Positions 41,762 to 51,270 of a stretch of 64,000 bases of DNA are shown piece by piece. The notes under the pieces were generated by a model, which saw only the letters and a program-made list of their open reading frames with translations, had not been told where the DNA came from and made no database searches. A program made the position numbers and the translations under genes. The DNA lies in IMG/VR virus record IMGVR_UViG_3300007770_000007, positions 1 to 64,000 of that record; one strand, 5' to 3'. The stretch comes from a virus. Each line of letters starts with the position of its first letter. Position 1 is the first letter of the stretch.

Positions 41762-43984
41762 ATGGCTGATTCCGTCAACTCACTTATCCGGCTCGAACAA
41801 GGTCTTACCAAGACCATCGGCGCTACCGACAATGTTCAAATCGGCGGTAACTTTCAATCTGCTAACCTCACCGCTACCGGTGGCCTCGATGTAACCGGCA
41901 ACGCCCTCATCCAAGCCAACCTTACTGTCCTGGGTGACACCATTAGTGGTGGTCAACGCGACTTCATCGTTGAGGACAACTTCATTGACCTCAATAATGG
42001 CCAGCAGGGTGCCGATCAGTCGGGTGGTTTCACCTGCAACATCCGGGCAGCGCAGAGCGTAGACATCAATGCTGCCGGAACTGGCGCGACGTTCGTGGCT
42101 GCTGGTGCTGGTGGCGCTACCGTGAGCATCAACGGCTTCAACCCCAATGTTCTTGCTGCCGACGACATCATCGAGTTTTCCGGCTTCACGGGAGCCGCAG
42201 CAGGTAACAACGGCCTTTTCGCCGTCAAGTCAGTGGTAGACGCTTCTGCTGGTTTGATCACGATCTACACCGCTGCTGAAGTTGCTGCCGCAGTCAACAT
42301 CCCCTTCTGCCAGACCGACTTCGTGGCAGGCACTGAAGACGCTGGCAGTCTTGGGTACGAACTCAAGCTGGCAGTCGCCGCTTTCACTGACGGCACCCTC
42401 ACGGATGCAGCCGGTAACCCGATCACCCCCGCTGGTGCATTCGTTACCGCCTACTCTACTGACGCCAACGCCAAGGCCCCCGGTAACGCTGGTGCGATGG
42501 AGTACGAGGCGGCCCAGAACGTGTCCCTGCAGGAGGCATACCAAGCAGGCGCTGGAATCACCCTGGCCGACGCCGCTGGTGGTGGCGCGGGTGACATGAT
42601 CATCAAGACTGATGACACCAACCCCAACCCGGCTGACTTCAAGCTGAACAACGCCTCGAATCAGAACTACCTCTCAACGGGCACCCAAGGCACCCTTCTT
42701 ACAGTCGGTTCTGGCACGAACGTCAAGACGGTCCTTGATGGTCAAATCGCAAGTGACATCACTTTCGCCACGGGAGCGGCTCGCAGCATCGGAGTCACGA
42801 GCGCAGCATTGACGATGTCCACGACCACTGCGGGCAAGCTCACTGTCAGTGGTGGTGCGGACATGCTCATCGACTCGGACGATGAGATGGCCATCAAGAT
42901 GGAAGCCAGTGACAACAATGACAAGTCGTTGTTGCTGTCGGCCACGAACGCTGGAGCCGGTAACGGCTTCATCCAGATGGATGCCGACAAGCTCGGTGCA
43001 ACCATCCTTGGCTCAGGCATTGCCGTTACTTCGACTGGGAAGGTTTCTGTCTCTGGCTCCAACGGAGCCGCCGATGCCATGAAGCTCGAAGCAGCCAACG
43101 TCGGGAACAATGCGGGGATGCAGCTTCGCAGTGCGCTTGACATTGATGCCCAGTCCACCCACGGTGGTATTTCACTCGATGGTGTGACAGCAAGCAACCT
43201 CACCATCGCGGCAATCTCCGGGGTCGACCAGGACCTGACGCTTCGTGGAACCAATGGTGGCGCGGGTGACTCCAAGCTGGACGTTGATTTCACCCACGTC
43301 GCTATCGACTCCTCGGTGGGTGCCGTAGCCGTCACAGGTGCCGTTGATGCTTCCGTCACTGCAACCACTGGCGCAGCCTCCGTGGTAGCCACGGCGGGCG
43401 CGGTAACGCTGACCGGGAAGGCCGACAGTGTCTGGGGCCTCTCCGGTGATTGTGGGGCAGCCGACAAGACGCTCACCATCCAGTCGGTCAACTCCAATGC
43501 CGGTGGCGCTAACTCGATGCTGCTGGAGTCAGACGTTGACGTCGTACTGCGGGCGGCATCGGGTGCTGTGATTGTTCAGCAGGGCCAGTACACCAACCAG
43601 ACGGGTGCCCAGATCACCATCAACACGTTGGTCACGGTGGACGCTTCTGGTGACCAACGTGTCAAGCCCGCAGACGCAGCCTCTATCGCTGGCGCTTCGG
43701 TGTTCGGCGCAGTGGTTGCCAACGCCAACAACACGAACCCTGTCCTCATCAGGACTTGTCCTGGAACCCCCTCCGCGATGATCGCCGGTTCCGGGGGCAC
43801 TACCCGAGGCGAGGTTGTGTATCTGGGCAAGGGTGCCGATGCTGGAAAGGTTGTCATGCAAGGAAACCTCGGTACGGCATCCGGTGATGCTGTCCACCGG
43901 GTCGGCATCGCGATGGAGACCCAGGCCGCTGCCGCCGCTGTCGTCGTTCACTTCCTGCCGCAGTTCGTCGCTACCATTCCGTAG
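41762..43984 (+). CDS. Head/tail fibre-like protein
   Basis: 740 aa A/G/T-rich; VEDNFIDLN and SLQEAYQAG fibre motifs; C-terminal cement-like domain (GEVVYL..G.V...VHRVG). Confidence 0.7.
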   Translation: MADSVNSLIRLEQGLTKTIGATDNVQIGGNFQSANLTATGGLDVTGNALIQANLTVLGDTISGGQRDFIVEDNFIDLNNGQQGADQSGGFTCNIRAAQSVDINAAGTGATFVAAGAGGATVSINGFNPNVLAADDIIEFSGFTGAAAGNNGLFAVKSVVDASAGLITIYTAAEVAAAVNIPFCQTDFVAGTEDAGSLGYELKLAVAAFTDGTLTDAAGNPITPAGAFVTAYSTDANAKAPGNAGAMEYEAAQNVSLQEAYQAGAGITLADAAGGGAGDMIIKTDDTNPNPADFKLNNASNQNYLSTGTQGTLLTVGSGTNVKTVLDGQIASDITFATGAARSIGVTSAALTMSTTTAGKLTVSGGADMLIDSDDEMAIKMEASDNNDKSLLLSATNAGAGNGFIQMDADKLGATILGSGIAVTSTGKVSVSGSNGAADAMKLEAANVGNNAGMQLRSALDIDAQSTHGGISLDGVTASNLTIAAISGVDQDLTLRGTNGGAGDSKLDVDFTHVAIDSSVGAVAVTGAVDASVTATTGAASVVATAGAVTLTGKADSVWGLSGDCGAADKTLTIQSVNSNAGGANSMLLESDVDVVLRAASGAVIVQQGQYTNQTGAQITINTLVTVDASGDQRVKPADAASIAGASVFGAVVANANNTNPVLIRTCPGTPSAMIAGSGGTTRGEVVYLGKGADAGKVVMQGNLGTASGDAVHRVGIAMETQAAAAAVVVHFLPQFVATIP

Positions 43985-44004
43985 CGATAGGCTTTAGCCT
44001 GATT

Positions 44005-44042
44005 CAAGGCCCGTTCGTCCTTCAAGGGGCGGGCGGGCCTTG
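44005..44042 (+). terminator. Hairpin terminator after fibre gene
   Basis: CAAGGCCCGTTCGTCC / GGGCGGGCGGGCCTTG stem with G-U pairs. Confidence 0.6.
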
Positions 44043-44078
44043 TCATTCATGGTGGGTATGATGCAACGAGGAAATGCT

Positions 44079-44441
44079 ATGGCCAAGAATGCCAAGAACT
44101 TTGAAACTCGGGTTCAGATGGGTCTGGGAGAGGCTATCGAACGCCTCATCCGGGTAGATGCAGGAGCAGCGCAGGGGTACGGAGGTTCCCGAGCGGATCT
44201 CATGGAGGAGCGCAGGTTGATTGTCGAAGCCCTCAACCAACAGTACAAGCTGGACCTCGGGTTTGACTGCAACATGGACGGGGTTCCCGACACCGTGGAA
44301 ATCTTCATGCAGTCTGCCCAGACTTCGTGTTGCCGCATCCTCCCTATGGACGGCAAGAAAGTATCATCAGGACGCAAGTCAACACGCAAGAAGCCGCAGG
44401 CGGCTAAAAAGACCGCTCGTGGTACGCGGAAAAGGAAGTGA
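44079..44441 (+). CDS. Hypothetical protein with basic C-terminal tail
   Basis: GAGG RBS; DCNMDGVPD motif; K/R-rich end. Confidence 0.7.
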   Translation: MAKNAKNFETRVQMGLGEAIERLIRVDAGAAQGYGGSRADLMEERRLIVEALNQQYKLDLGFDCNMDGVPDTVEIFMQSAQTSCCRILPMDGKKVSSGRKSTRKKPQAAKKTARGTRKRK

Positions 44442-44794
44442 TTATGTCGATTGAACAAGTGATTTTGGGACTCTTGGCTTCGTATGCGGTCTGCTTTGGG
44501 CTGGTGAACGATAAGGCTGCTCTGATCACCAACCCCTTGAAGAAGCTGCCTCTGTTTCGGGCCGAGGACGGGGAGAACACCTTCGGGCGTATGCTCCGTT
44601 GCCCTTACTGCACGGGGTTTCATGCGGGCTGGATCACTTATCTTGTGGTTTCTGCTCCCGTTCTTCTCGGGGAGGGGGATCTGGACGCTCTCTCGTTGGT
44701 TTCCGAGGGTATCGTGTTCGCCTTCGCGTCTTGCGCCTTCTGCTACATCGCAGATGTCACCGCACAGTGGCTTGAAGAAACCGCGTCGTCTTGA
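44438..44794 (+). CDS. DUF1360-like membrane protein
   Basis: Hydrophobic helices and MLRCPYCTGFH motif. Confidence 0.65.
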   Translation: MIMSIEQVILGLLASYAVCFGLVNDKAALITNPLKKLPLFRAEDGENTFGRMLRCPYCTGFHAGWITYLVVSAPVLLGEGDLDALSLVSEGIVFAFASCAFCYIADVTAQWLEETASS

Positions 44795-44806
44795 CCAGGA
44801 GCTTTC

Positions 44807-45091
44807 ATGTCCTCTTCCAAGAACATCCAATGCCCGGTTGAGGTGTCGGATGGGGATTCTTTTGGGGAATACGCTAACGCTATTCGCATCATCCCTGACA
44901 GCGGGGATGATGTCCTTTTGGATTTCTGCGTGTATTCGGCACAGGACAACAAGGCGCGGGTAGTTAGCCGAGTTCGGTTGGCGGCCTCCATGCTCCAGGT
45001 GATTCGAGACAGGATCTCCCAAGACTTGACAGATACGGTGCCCTCGTCCGAGGGGGTTTTCTTGATGCCTGCTTTGGGCGGCACGAACTAA
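44807..45091 (+). CDS. DUF3467-like protein
   Basis: GEYANAIRI...VLLDF...VVSRVRL pattern. Confidence 0.6.
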   Translation: MSSSKNIQCPVEVSDGDSFGEYANAIRIIPDSGDDVLLDFCVYSAQDNKARVVSRVRLAASMLQVIRDRISQDLTDTVPSSEGVFLMPALGGTN

Positions 45092-45516
45092 TGCCGATTG
45101 GAAGGGTTCCGTCAGCGAGTACCTCGGCTGGGTCTTTTGTGATCCCAGGTACGACTGCTAACGGGGCCATCCGGGCGGGCGCTGCGGTAGCGGTAGTCCT
45201 CGACGGCGTTGATGCAGTGGTCGAGGAGTGTTCAGCAACCTCGAACGGCAACACCTTTGCAGGTTTCGCCGCTAAAGCGGTGGCTGATGGAGAGGTTGTT
45301 GCGGTGGTCACGTTTCGAGGGTCCACCGTCACCCCCATTGTGGAAGGTGGCGGTTCTCTCACCACAGGTGATCTGGTTTTTCTTTCGGACACTTTGGGGG
45401 AGGTGGTTCACACCGCTCCTTCGGGTGCCGGTAGTGTGGTAGTTCCACTTGGGGTGGCGGTTTCTGCCACAGAGTTATTCATCAGTACCGATGCTCGGTA
45501 CGGTATTAGTGTCTGA
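45091..45516 (+). CDS. Capsid-cement/DUF2190-like small structural protein
   Basis: LTTGDLVFLSDTLGEV...P.G.G..VVPLGVA pattern, similar to the C-terminus of 41762..43984. Confidence 0.55.
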   Translation: MPIGRVPSASTSAGSFVIPGTTANGAIRAGAAVAVVLDGVDAVVEECSATSNGNTFAGFAAKAVADGEVVAVVTFRGSTVTPIVEGGGSLTTGDLVFLSDTLGEVVHTAPSGAGSVVVPLGVAVSATELFISTDARYGISV

Positions 45517-45535
45517 TATTTACGGAGGGCATGGC

Positions 45536-46492
45536 ATGATGGCAGCAGGTACGTTTGAGAAAGGGGATTTCAGGTCTTACAGGGCGATCACAAAGATTCA
45601 CCTGGGAGCACTTGAGTTCGACATTCAGGAAGGCGAGACCGTTCTCTTCGACGGGACCACACTCAAACGTGGCGACGGGGAGGATGAAATCCACACTCTG
45701 CGTGCAGCTATCAAGGTGGGATGGCTTGTTCCTGAAGACTCCGAGGAAACCTCGTACACCCCCAAACCCGCTGACATCAAGATCCACGAAGCGGCCCCTA
45801 CCAGTTCGGAAAGTCGAGAGGCTCGCGCCCCCCTCACAATCCAGGATGAGGAGCGAGATGTAGGCACTGTTGCCAGTCGCGTCAGCACTGGCGCTCCCAC
45901 AGGCGCGGTCGAGAAGGATGCAGACGACGCAGCCGTTGTGGGCCGTATGAAGAGGAGTGCCAAGTCCGGTCCCATTCGCATTGACGGGGAAGACCGCAAG
46001 GTGGTCAAGACCCTCGACAACGACTCTCGGGACATTGTTGAGCCTGCCCGTGTGGCTACAGGGGACGTGGACGAAGCGATGGCAGGGGATGAGCTTGTGG
46101 ACATCCTTCCTGATGCTGCGAACGCGGACGTTCCCCCCAAGGGCGTCTCCGGGGAAGGTCGGGGTGATGAGTCTGAACTACGCGCCAAGGCCGTTACTGC
46201 CAAGGGTTCCACTACTGTCGGCACTGCTGATGACGGTGAGGTGGTCGCCTCCATCGCCTCGAAGAAGGCACTTTCCGCAGACGGGCTTTCCCCTGAAATC
46301 ATCGAAGCAAAACTTGAGGTAGTCCGTCAGTTTGTTCCGGGGTTCCAGTGGGACATGAACATGCAGTGGGCCAAGCGAGCCAAGCTGGCCGTGTCCAAGT
46401 ACGGGGACAACCTTCCCGTCATCAACGCCATCCTCTCGATTGAGACAGAAGCGGTGCGGAAGGACATTATGAAGCGGCTCTACAAGGATTAG
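45536..46492 (+). CDS. Hypothetical protein with low-complexity acidic middle
   Basis: GGAGG RBS before ATG 45536. Confidence 0.75.
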   Translation: MMAAGTFEKGDFRSYRAITKIHLGALEFDIQEGETVLFDGTTLKRGDGEDEIHTLRAAIKVGWLVPEDSEETSYTPKPADIKIHEAAPTSSESREARAPLTIQDEERDVGTVASRVSTGAPTGAVEKDADDAAVVGRMKRSAKSGPIRIDGEDRKVVKTLDNDSRDIVEPARVATGDVDEAMAGDELVDILPDAANADVPPKGVSGEGRGDESELRAKAVTAKGSTTVGTADDGEVVASIASKKALSADGLSPEIIEAKLEVVRQFVPGFQWDMNMQWAKRAKLAVSKYGDNLPVINAILSIETEAVRKDIMKRLYKD

Positions 46493-46496
46493 GCTG

Positions 46497-46511
46497 CGGT
46501 ACATTCCCGAT
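46497..46511 (+). promoter_or_regulatory. Putative late promoter CGGTA-N7-GAT
   Basis: Consensus match, intergenic. Confidence 0.65.
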
Positions 46512-46562
46512 AAAGCCCGGATGGTTGAGTGCCGTCTGGGCTTTATTGCTTCTGGAGGCTTT

Positions 46563-48371
46563 GTGCCGCGTCCATCCCCTGCTCGTGTAGCTGCCCGATA
46601 TGCGGATTTGAACCCGCCGTTGGGCTATCCGGGCGGCCCGTGCCACGTCATGCAGCGCATCCGAGATGAGGTGAGGAACCCCAAACTCCAGGAGAAGCTC
46701 GTTGATTCAGTGGAAGACGGCGACAAGCTGTCTAACCCTGAAGCAGCGGCCATCTATGATCTGGAAGTGGACCGTGGGGCTGGCAGGTTCAAGAAACTCC
46801 GCATCACTCCCCATGCCCAGTACCGGATGGACCAACGGGGAATCATCGTCAACGAACTCCGCATCGCCCTCAAGTCTTTCCAGAAAGCATGGAACGATGA
46901 CAAGTCTCGTCAGGGGTATCGCTGGCGTAACTGGGAAGAGGACATGGCAAGAGGCCAGCCGATTCGTTGGGAAGATCCCCAAATCAAGCTGGCGGTGGTG
47001 TTTACCGCCAACCGTGATGTCGCTACGCTTGTTACCGCTTATTGGGAAGGGCAGCCTGACCCTCGTCCAGAGGATGAGGACTCCTGTTCGGTTCGGGTTG
47101 GCTTGAAGATTGCCCCTACGCCGGGGGTTCAGACTTATGTCACCGAAGACTCTGCGAAGGGGATTCCTCCCAGTAACGATAGCAGGGAGCCTGATTCAGC
47201 AGCCCCTCTTCCTGGAAGCGCCGTTCCTGGAGGGGCTGGTCGAGAAATCGGCAAGTTCGAGTACAACACTCCCGATTCGAGTTCGGACATAAAGCCTCGC
47301 ACGTTGTCGGAGCCGGGAGAGCAGCGAGGCCATCCCACTAATGTCCTCGACAACTACATCACCCGACGCACCTTTACCTCTGCTCTTGTAGAGGCGTGGG
47401 AGGCAGGGCCTCCGGGTCCGAGGCGGCAACATCGCCAGAAGCCTGCGGAGCGCAGGCGGCAGAACCGGGAGGAGTACCGCCCCAACCGCATGATAAAGAG
47501 GCGCATGGCGCTGAAGCGGTATCACCAGTTCTGTAAGCGAAACCGTCAGTGCAAGATGAAAAGAGAGTTGTATAGGAAACACCCGCAGCGGTACAAGCGC
47601 AGAGCGCCGCGCTCGGTGAAGAAACTCCCCAGGCTTCTCAAAGAGGGCGGGGACATCATCCTTTACGATCAGTGGAACCCTGCCAACAACGAAATCAAAC
47701 AGCCCGGTCCCGACGTGAACTATCGCGCAGAGGGTCCGACGACTTACGAGTTCAGGCCGGATGAGCGAGAGGGAGTTCCTCCAGGACACGCTCCTCCAAG
47801 TAACCAGACCGAAGATGTTCCTCCTGCTTCAAGCAGGGTCATTCCCGATGAGATGAAGGAAAACCTCCGGGACAACCTGACTTATGTGCAGGCGGCACCC
47901 AACTTGAGAGTGGCAGCTACCATAGGTCAAGTCCTCTCGAAGTGTGATTCCACGATCTTGAATCGCGCCAAAGCAGTCCGAATCAGCCCTTACCGGTTCA
48001 ATCCGGCGAAGGGTTTTTGGAGCTTCAAGGCTGCCGGGAGCCAGGGCACCTACATTGTGCGTGTCAAGGGAGTCCGTCGAGGCAACGTGAAGAACTTGGA
48101 CAAAGCCCAGATCAAAGTGTCTTGCTCTTGTCCTTTCTTTCGGTGGCAAGGACCAGAACACTGGGCCAAGCAAGGACAGTATCTTTACGGTCGTCCTGTA
48201 GGTACTGCCTCCAATCCCAAGGTCATGGACCCGAAAGGCCACCACGGAGCGTGCAAGCATGTAGTTGCTGCTTTGAGCAAGGCGAGGGGCTGGCGGTTCA
48301 GTTCTGAAGGCACCCTCTGGGACCAAGATGCAGTGGTTATCTTGGACGAGGATGCCCTGTTGAGTGGGTAA
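46563..48371 (+). CDS. Modular protein: PSPARVAARY tag, DUF4258-like domain, Arg-rich segment, C-terminal SWIM zinc finger
   Basis: GGAGG RBS before GTG 46563; ITPHAQYRMDQRGI..LVTAYW; VSCSCP...ACKHVVA. Confidence 0.75.
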   Translation: MPRPSPARVAARYADLNPPLGYPGGPCHVMQRIRDEVRNPKLQEKLVDSVEDGDKLSNPEAAAIYDLEVDRGAGRFKKLRITPHAQYRMDQRGIIVNELRIALKSFQKAWNDDKSRQGYRWRNWEEDMARGQPIRWEDPQIKLAVVFTANRDVATLVTAYWEGQPDPRPEDEDSCSVRVGLKIAPTPGVQTYVTEDSAKGIPPSNDSREPDSAAPLPGSAVPGGAGREIGKFEYNTPDSSSDIKPRTLSEPGEQRGHPTNVLDNYITRRTFTSALVEAWEAGPPGPRRQHRQKPAERRRQNREEYRPNRMIKRRMALKRYHQFCKRNRQCKMKRELYRKHPQRYKRRAPRSVKKLPRLLKEGGDIILYDQWNPANNEIKQPGPDVNYRAEGPTTYEFRPDEREGVPPGHAPPSNQTEDVPPASSRVIPDEMKENLRDNLTYVQAAPNLRVAATIGQVLSKCDSTILNRAKAVRISPYRFNPAKGFWSFKAAGSQGTYIVRVKGVRRGNVKNLDKAQIKVSCSCPFFRWQGPEHWAKQGQYLYGRPVGTASNPKVMDPKGHHGACKHVVAALSKARGWRFSSEGTLWDQDAVVILDEDALLSG

Positions 48372-48393
48372 CGTAGGCATCAGGAGATGCTGG

Positions 48394-48780
48394 ATGCCTA
48401 TTTACTCTTATCGGTGCGAGTCTGATCCCTGCCAGTGGGAGGGGGACGTGATGCGTCCTATCTCGCAGTGCAGCGATCCTTACCCCTGTCCCGATTGCAC
48501 TGGGGAGACGAAAAAGCTCGTCACGCAGGTTGGGGTTATCTTCAAGGGTGATGGTTGGGCTACCAAGAATGGAAGAGTTGCCAAGCAGATGCGGGAGAAG
48601 AACCGCCGACTTGCCGGTAAAGAGAATGAGATGAAAAGAGATGCTCCGGGCATGACGCTTGCGCCCAATGTCGGAGGAGAGCGGGTGGATTCATGGTCGG
48701 ACGCGACGAAGTTGGCGAAATCGAAGGGAAAGGACACCAGCGGCTACGAAAAGCTCGCCCGAAAGGAAAAGCAGAAGTAG
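48394..48780 (+). CDS. FmdB-family zinc-ribbon protein
   Basis: MPIYSYRC..C...CPDC...IFKGDGWA. Confidence 0.85.
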   Translation: MPIYSYRCESDPCQWEGDVMRPISQCSDPYPCPDCTGETKKLVTQVGVIFKGDGWATKNGRVAKQMREKNRRLAGKENEMKRDAPGMTLAPNVGGERVDSWSDATKLAKSKGKDTSGYEKLARKEKQK

Positions 48781-48827
48781 CGGCACACACAGCCCTCAAG
48801 GTGACGGCTGGGGTTTCCCTTTTCGTC

Positions 48828-48989
48828 ATGATCTTGGGAGCCATCCTCGGGATCGTGGTGACCCGCTCGGCCAACCGAATCATGCGGAAGTTGGCAGGAC
48901 AGTATGTACCTCCTGTCCCAGACCCCACCGTGGGGAAGCCTTCAGGTGACGTTATAGACGTTGATTTCGAGGAGAGCGTGCCCCGGTAG
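48828..48989 (+). CDS. Small membrane-anchored protein (start uncertain)
   Basis: Hydrophobic N-terminus, DVIDVDFEE tail; fills the gap before a late motif; no clear RBS. Confidence 0.4.
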   Translation: MILGAILGIVVTRSANRIMRKLAGQYVPPVPDPTVGKPSGDVIDVDFEESVPR

Positions 48990-48998
48990 TTCGGCTAT
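48984..48998 (+). promoter_or_regulatory. Putative late promoter CGGTA-N7-TAT
   Basis: Consensus match. Confidence 0.65.
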
Positions 48999-49022
48999 CA
49001 CTTCACTTTGAGTGGAGGCTCA

Positions 49023-49742
49023 ATGGCTATCGCACCCCGTCTTGTTGGTCGTCACGAAGGGATTGTAGACCTTGCTATTTCTAATCGTGCGTCGGCCTCT
49101 TCTTATCGTGTAAGTTCGGCAACAAGCCTCAATAATGCCTATTTGACTACCGCGACTGCTCTGATGCAGGTCCCCAAGGGAGATAGTTGGCGTTCGCCTC
49201 GACTGGTCCGTAACGGCAAGAATCGTTGTGATGAGTCCAACATGGGGCTGACTCGAATCATGTATGACCCCAGCGATTATTCTGCGGCAGGCGGTGCGCC
49301 TCCTGGAGACGGGGTTACCCAGTACCTCATCACGGAAGAGTTTTACCCTGATGGGACCTCGACGTGGCTCGGAGGTGTTCTGGGAGCGGCTTCGGCTCCG
49401 GGCATCCTGGTCGTGCCCCCGCCTGATTTCTTCGCTACGGGCCGTGCTTCCTTGGTGTTGACGGGAACGGCCCCTGCTGTGGCTGCCCTGGCTTCAGGGT
49501 TCCCGCCCCCCACAGCGATGAAGATCGCCCTTCCTCGCTATGCCGATGCTGTTCAGATCCAGATCAGTACGGATGATGCTTTTGTTTCTTTCGGTCCTGG
49601 TCGCCAGGAAATCACTATCACCGCAGGAACTACTTGGGAGTTTGCAGAGCCGGGTGCGTCGGAGATTTATATTCGATGTGCTGCTGGTGACGCCGCAACT
49701 TTCCAGATGGTCTGCACCCTTGTCAACGGCCTCGAATCGTAG
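49023..49742 (+). CDS. Putative virion structural protein
   Basis: GGAGG RBS; beta-rich; preceded by late motif. Confidence 0.65.
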   Translation: MAIAPRLVGRHEGIVDLAISNRASASSYRVSSATSLNNAYLTTATALMQVPKGDSWRSPRLVRNGKNRCDESNMGLTRIMYDPSDYSAAGGAPPGDGVTQYLITEEFYPDGTSTWLGGVLGAASAPGILVVPPPDFFATGRASLVLTGTAPAVAALASGFPPPTAMKIALPRYADAVQIQISTDDAFVSFGPGRQEITITAGTTWEFAEPGASEIYIRCAAGDAATFQMVCTLVNGLES

Positions 49743-49749
49743 AGGGCCT

Positions 49750-49764
49750 CGGTAGAGAGTCGAT
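49750..49764 (+). promoter_or_regulatory. Putative late promoter CGGTA-N7-GAT
   Basis: Nearly identical to 34625 site (CGGTAGAG.GTCGATAC). Confidence 0.7.
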
Positions 49765-49813
49765 ACCCCAATCTTATTGAAGGTCCAACCCTCTTCCTTC
49801 TGGAGAAAACACA

Positions 49814-50506
49814 ATGCCCTATATCTGTAAGATCCGTACCGACTTCTCGGACGGCACCCTCCAGGTCCTCGACCTGTGGCCCAATGCTTCCCAGCGAAGC
49901 GCAATCTACGACCCTATCGCCCAGACCAAGTATCTGAAGCGTGGTGAGTTCACCGGCACTGGTCAGAATGCTGACAATGGCCGTCCCACGACCATCACCG
50001 CAACGGCTCACGCTACGGGGTACGACACCTACGGCCTCGCAGCCTACCTTTGCGATACTGTTGTGGATAGCGTGTCGGGTGTTGGAATCACGGCTGCTAT
50101 CGCCAACATCGCGGCGGCAGGTGTTCGGGATAACGTCCTTGATGCGGGCGGTGTCATCAGTGATGCTTCGGTATCCACAGAACTCATCACAGCAGGCGCT
50201 GGGGTGGGCACCACCCTTCTCGGTGGCGGTCTGGCTACGGTAGCTGGTGTCCTCCAGATTTGTGCTGGCGGCTCCTACCTGCTTCCTGCTGGTTCGACAG
50301 AGACCCAAGCGGTCACCCTGATGGGTGACGGCGCGTTCCAGGCTGGAACCTACCGCTGGACCTACGACACGGGTGCCCTGAAGATCAGCTTTGGTGAGGG
50401 AGACCTCTCCGAGATGCTGGATGCAACTTTCGATCCGGTCGGTGATGGCACCACTGGTGCCGCTGTCGTCGTCTATGCAGACGACGGAACCGTTTACACT
50501 GGTTGA
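49814..50506 (+). CDS. Virion structural protein, paralogue 1
   Basis: Colinear with next gene: MPY.C.IRTD...GTLQ.LDLWPN, YDTYGLAAY, LQICAGGSYLLPAGS. Confidence 0.75.
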   Translation: MPYICKIRTDFSDGTLQVLDLWPNASQRSAIYDPIAQTKYLKRGEFTGTGQNADNGRPTTITATAHATGYDTYGLAAYLCDTVVDSVSGVGITAAIANIAAAGVRDNVLDAGGVISDASVSTELITAGAGVGTTLLGGGLATVAGVLQICAGGSYLLPAGSTETQAVTLMGDGAFQAGTYRWTYDTGALKISFGEGDLSEMLDATFDPVGDGTTGAAVVVYADDGTVYTG

Positions 50507-50515
50507 GGAGAAACA

Positions 50516-51211
50516 ATGCCTTACGTTTGCATGATTCGTACTGACATCGACAACGGGACGCTTCAGCTTCTCGACCTGTGGCCTAATACGTCGCAAGCTC
50601 ATCCAGTGGGTCCTCACGGCCAGACGAAGTACGTCAACCGTGGTGAGTTCACTGGTGCTGGTCGGAACGCGGCTAATGGTCGTCCTACCACCCTGGCTGC
50701 TGCCGGAAACGTCACGCTCTATGACACCTACGGCCTCGCTGCGTACATCGCGGATAACGTGGGGTCCACCATCTCGGGCCTTACGGTTCCTGCGGCTATC
50801 GCCAACCTGATGGCAACAGCCATCATGAACCTGATGGACACGGGCGCTGCTTTGGCTCTCGCTACCATCAACACCACTATGCAGGGTGTTGCAGGGGCGC
50901 AGGGAGATGAAACCCTTACCTCCGCAGGTGGAACGGGTTCCGTCGGCTCCCTTGCGGATGTTCTCCAGATTTGTGCGGGTGGGTCTTACCTGCTTCCCGC
51001 AGGATCCCCGGAGAACGTCACCACGGTAGGCTATGCCGCTGCGGGTGCGATGACGCCAAACTATTTCCGTCACTCTTATGATACGGGTGCTTTTGCTATC
51101 AGCTTTGCTGGTGGGGAACTCAATGAGTTGCTCGACGCTACCTACTCTTACGAGGGAACAGCCGGGGCTGCTGTCTCTGTCCTTGCGGACGACGGAAGCG
51201 TTTACGCCTGA
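50516..51211 (+). CDS. Virion structural protein, paralogue 2
   Basis: Tandem paralogue of 49814..50506. Confidence 0.75.
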   Translation: MPYVCMIRTDIDNGTLQLLDLWPNTSQAHPVGPHGQTKYVNRGEFTGAGRNAANGRPTTLAAAGNVTLYDTYGLAAYIADNVGSTISGLTVPAAIANLMATAIMNLMDTGAALALATINTTMQGVAGAQGDETLTSAGGTGSVGSLADVLQICAGGSYLLPAGSPENVTTVGYAAAGAMTPNYFRHSYDTGAFAISFAGGELNELLDATYSYEGTAGAAVSVLADDGSVYA

Positions 51212-51270
51212 TTTCTCCGGGTAGAGTGCAGAGGGTTGGACCTTCTCTGCATCGCCCCCGATGCTTTAGG

